Positions 60,229 to 64,000 of a DNA stretch of 64,000 nucleotides are shown here, piece by piece. The position numbers and the translations under genes were made by a program. The DNA is from Chlorokybus atmophyticus (lineage: Eukaryota; Plantae; Mesostigma and Chlorokybus algae). The stretch spans positions 429,210 to 493,209 of the forward strand of contig RHPI01000026.1 in NCBI GenBank assembly GCA_009103225.1, in the 5' to 3' direction. Positions within the stretch are counted from its first letter, which is position 1, and every line of letters begins with the position of its first letter. The notes below the pieces were generated by a model. That model had not been told where the DNA came from. It searched no databases and saw nothing but the letters and a program-made list of their open reading frames with translations.

Positions 60229-63200
60229 CTACTGCCTCATACCTGTGAATTCTCCCATGTACAAAGAAACGTTCGAGTCGATCGAGCCCGCGCCCATGAG
60301 CAACTTGTACGGGTGGAAGGCGAGGCTCGAGACCGGGCCGATGCGCTGTTTGAGAAAGCTGTTGTGGTAGCGGATCACGCTCAACTGCCGTGCCTCCAGA
60401 TCAAACACCTTGATGTACTGGTCGCGGCCGCCCGTGGCCAACACCTGCGCGTGACGATGCACAGCGAGAGTGGACAGCGTGCCGGAGTGCGCTTGCACCA
60501 CGTGGATGGGCGTGTTGCTGCTCCCCCTGTTATCGAAGATCTTGATGTCCCCTCCAACAGCAGCTGTCACACGCTGTGCACACACGCAAAGTGAGTTTTG
60601 GTCAAAAGCACATGAGGCAGGCAGCTAGTATCACCATGTGTATGACTGACCTTCTCCCAAACACCACAAGGATGCATGTCGATGCCAACCAGGCTCTGTG
60701 TGTGCGGCTTCGATACAGACACCAAACGCCGCTGCGTGCGCAGATCAAAGTGCAGTACTGTGCCATTTGCGCAGCCTGCCAGGAGTTGCGAGCCATGCAT
60801 GTGCGAAGATGACATGCATGAAACGCTCGACTCCTCAGTGGCAAGCATGTCTTCTATGCAGATCTCTCGCTCCAGATCCCACACGCGGATGGTGGAGATG
60901 TCTCCCCCAGCATACAGCAAGCCAGAATACTGGTTCCACTCCACCACTGCACCCAAGTTGCGGGCACCTGAAATATGAAATAGACATGATGCCAACTGAT
61001 GCAGAGCGTCAATGTGGGCACTCATTTAACAAAACACTAGACTCAGATACTCACCTGGCCTATGTCCAGATATGGCCTGCCAAGCAGCTGCAAGACGAGG
61101 ACGGCCAGGCTCCATGAAGTCACGCCAAACTCGTACAGCACCATCGCTGTTGCCAACCAGAAGCAGCGCATTTTCCAACTCATTCACCAATGTCAGATGC
61201 GAGATGCGACTATTGCGGCCCGCATACCCACTGCTGCCATTCAAAAAGCGGCAAACAGAGGTATTCGCGTCGTAATTCCACACGCGCACAACATCCTTGT
61301 CATCCGCAGCAATCAGAAGCGGCAGGAACGGGTGCAACACGACGGCGTTGATGAGTTTGGAGTCCATGTCGAAACTGGCAATCTGATCGCTGAACTTGCC
61401 CACATAGCGCCTCTGGCACAGCATCACAGACTGCTGCACGCTGCGCTCTCGCTCTTGTCGCACCAGAGGTGATACAACGTAGTCATCAGAAGATTGCTCC
61501 AGAAGCGGCCTCGAGAAGTGCTTGCAGCTCATTGTGTACAGCGATGACTGAGCAATGGGTGCCAGTCCTCCTGAAGGTGATAGCAGCGGGCCCGGGGACG
61601 CTGGCCCCTGGCTTGTGACAACTGGCCTATTTTGCAGCATCACGTTCTCGGAGCCGTTGAGGTAGCGGCGGGTGCTGCTTCCCGCATTGGATGCATGCAT
61701 TGAGGCCAGCGATGAGAACATGTCTGTCGATGATGTTGTTTTGCGCAAGCCCGCTCCAGTTGGTGGGAGTGTTGGCGATGTGGGACGCAACATGCTTGCC
61801 GATTGTGGGGGACTCGAGCCCTTCCAAGAGCCTGTGAGCTTGCCTGAAGCAGCGCAGATTACATCAAGGTATCAACATACGGAGCCATGGACCACCAACA
61901 GACAAACCATGTGGATTGCACCAGGCAACAAGCGGATGTTGCAATGCTCAGCATGCACCCTCACAGCGTGCTGTCTAGCAACTTCAAAGCTGTGCTGTCA
62001 TGCACACACTCCACAGATAGCGTATGCCAGAAATGCAAGCCACCCGCACAGGGTTCCTCGGACAAGACTCAGAGCACGCGGGGGGCGGGGGGGGGGGGGA
62101 TGCACAACACGTACTCCAAGATGAAGAGCGTTGCATCTGCGCCAATATCTCCTGTGTTGATGTGGAAGGCGTCTGAGCGAAAGTTTCTCGCAGGTGATAT
62201 GCTTGTCCATACTCAACCCCAAGGCTGCGCAGTGTCGCAGCACCTAGCGCCGCCACCTGTTGACAGAGTAACGTGACACAACAGGCTTCATTTAACATGG
62301 CTGACAGCGGAGCAGTGGTTGCATGCACGTGCAGACTGGTTCTATCGGCAGTACGATGTTAGGCGCAGTTACGACTACAGCAGCTTTACGAACAATTCCG
62401 GTACCTGAGGATGAGGATCGCGAGCCAAGCCATACACAGCAGCAAGCATATGGGTGTACATGCCGCCCCCTTCCCTGGTTGCTCGCCGCCAACTCTGTTA
62501 CAAAACAGTGCTCAGGCAAGGCAGTGTTGACGTTACTGTATGTAATGCCCAAGCGCACGCACGACAAGAAGGCACCTGACTGAAGTCAATGCCCTCCTCA
62601 CTGGGAGTCCGACCATGTGACGCAACGGAAGAACGCATGGATGGTACCACCATAGCCGGTGAAGAAGCATGTGTGGCAGGAGGCTTCATGTAAGCGGCAG
62701 CAGCTTTCCTCAGTGGTGCGCTGTGTGCAATAGAAAAGCGAGCCATAGCTGCAGCCAAAAGAAACGCATGAGTATCTGTTCCAGTGCCATAGCTATAAAC
62801 TAATGGGCACGAACCTATGGCGAACTCCATCCTGACGAGGTGACAGCCATCCGAGGCGGTTGGTAGTAAAAGCGATGCGACCCGGCGTTCCCCTTCCCAT
62901 CGCTCTTCCTCCTCGGGCATGTCCTCGCTGAAGCCGCTCCTAACAGAGCTGCCCTCACCATTTGGCAACTCCGTAGCAACAAGCAACCCCAACGTATACA
63001 CTGCTGCCGCCCGAACCTGCAAACAAGACATAATGACATGCATGATGCTCTGCATGCGGTGATGTGCCACCGGCGTCCATCCGAAACACACCTCAGGATG
63101 AGGAGAGCTGCAAGCTTGGGCAACAAGCTCTGGACCCTTTTCCCGAAAAGCAGCAGTCTGTGCGTCCGGGTAGGACTCCCAGAGCTTGGCAAGACAAAGG

Positions 63201-64000
63201 CATAACCATTGCTGCAAAAGCGGTTGACTAGCGGATGTTGGAAGGTGCGAAAAGCACACCGTCATCAGGTTGCGTGGTGTTGCTGTCATGCATGCCTGCT
63301 GCCCCTTGAGGTGATTGTCGCAGATGACAGCCAGAACAAAGGCAGCCATGGCGCGCTGCTCAGCGTGCACATCAGTGCTATCCAGAAACCTCACAAAGTA
63401 GTTGTGTCCACCATCTTTTACCAAGTCCACCTGACATGACTGCACCCCAAAAACAGTTGGCAGCCTGTGGTTGTACTAGTCAACTGATACAGCAGCAAAC
63501 CAATGAATTACGACAAGCACTGCAAGCAGTCAAGTTTGAACCATATGTACTGGCCCCTTGAACAACAGGTCACAACACTACTGTTGTTCAATGCTACCTA
63601 CCTTGTCCAGTGCCATGATCTTGGTCCATATGAACACAAGAATCTCACGCAGCTCCACAGCTTGTGTTTGCAACAACTTCAACACATATGGGAATATACC
63701 GACGGAAAGGGCCTGCATACAATGTTATCGCTGTCAAGCAAGCATGCCTGGCATGACCCTGGCAACTCTATCAGCACCTCTTGAGCTCACCAGATCAACG
63801 GCCCAAGCCCCCATATCCAGAAAACGTCCAAGCAAAACCAGCGCTCGCAATCGATGTGACTGACTGAGGAGGACCTGCGCCAAAACCCAAAATTAGGCAA
63901 GAGCGCCTACTTACGGCAAATGCATGGCAGATGTAGTCTGCTTACTTGGAGAACGATGGGCAGCTGCTCCGGAGGTTGCTTCTTCTCCGATCCATGCTCA
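60229..64000 (-). CDS. RAPTOR: Regulatory-associated protein of TOR (RAPTOR), 3' part; 5' end lies beyond the window
   Basis: [55 protein letters not shown]-terminal WD40s ([23 protein letters not shown]) and [14 protein letters not shown]. Confidence 0.95.

Noticed and set aside
1-64000. CRISPR arrays, rRNA or tRNA genes
   Set aside because: No regularly spaced repeat-spacer array or structural RNA signature seen; the window is eukaryotic genic DNA

Overview
Intron-rich eukaryotic DNA from a green-lineage organism. The plant-type tetraspanin, VCCN/BST bestrophins, transit-peptide genes and short GT-AG introns suggest a green or early streptophyte alga (inference). About 14 spliced genes can be reconstructed: GART/purN (5' partial), a head-to-head pair of bestrophin-like plastid anion channels, an STK11IP-like LRR protein, TMCO4/DUF726, an orphan coiled-coil/Q-rich protein, a three-exon YnfA/UPF0060 membrane protein, arsenite methyltransferase, plastid L27, PIG-L, Aquarius helicase, a tetraspanin, a lipid-anchored EML-like WD40 protein and RAPTOR (5' partial). 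The main accessory DNA is a set of Penelope-like retroelements. One is a near-complete copy with the permuted N-terminal GIY-YIG + RT layout (Chlamys/Naiad type) and ~99% identical 451-bp direct repeats. There is also a second decayed RT copy and dispersed terminal fragments sharing a bipartite motif. A Tc2-like MITE and a CRE-like non-LTR remnant lie near 58-59 kb. Gene spans below are first-to-last codon and include introns. Exon boundaries were read by eye. No database search or folding program was run.
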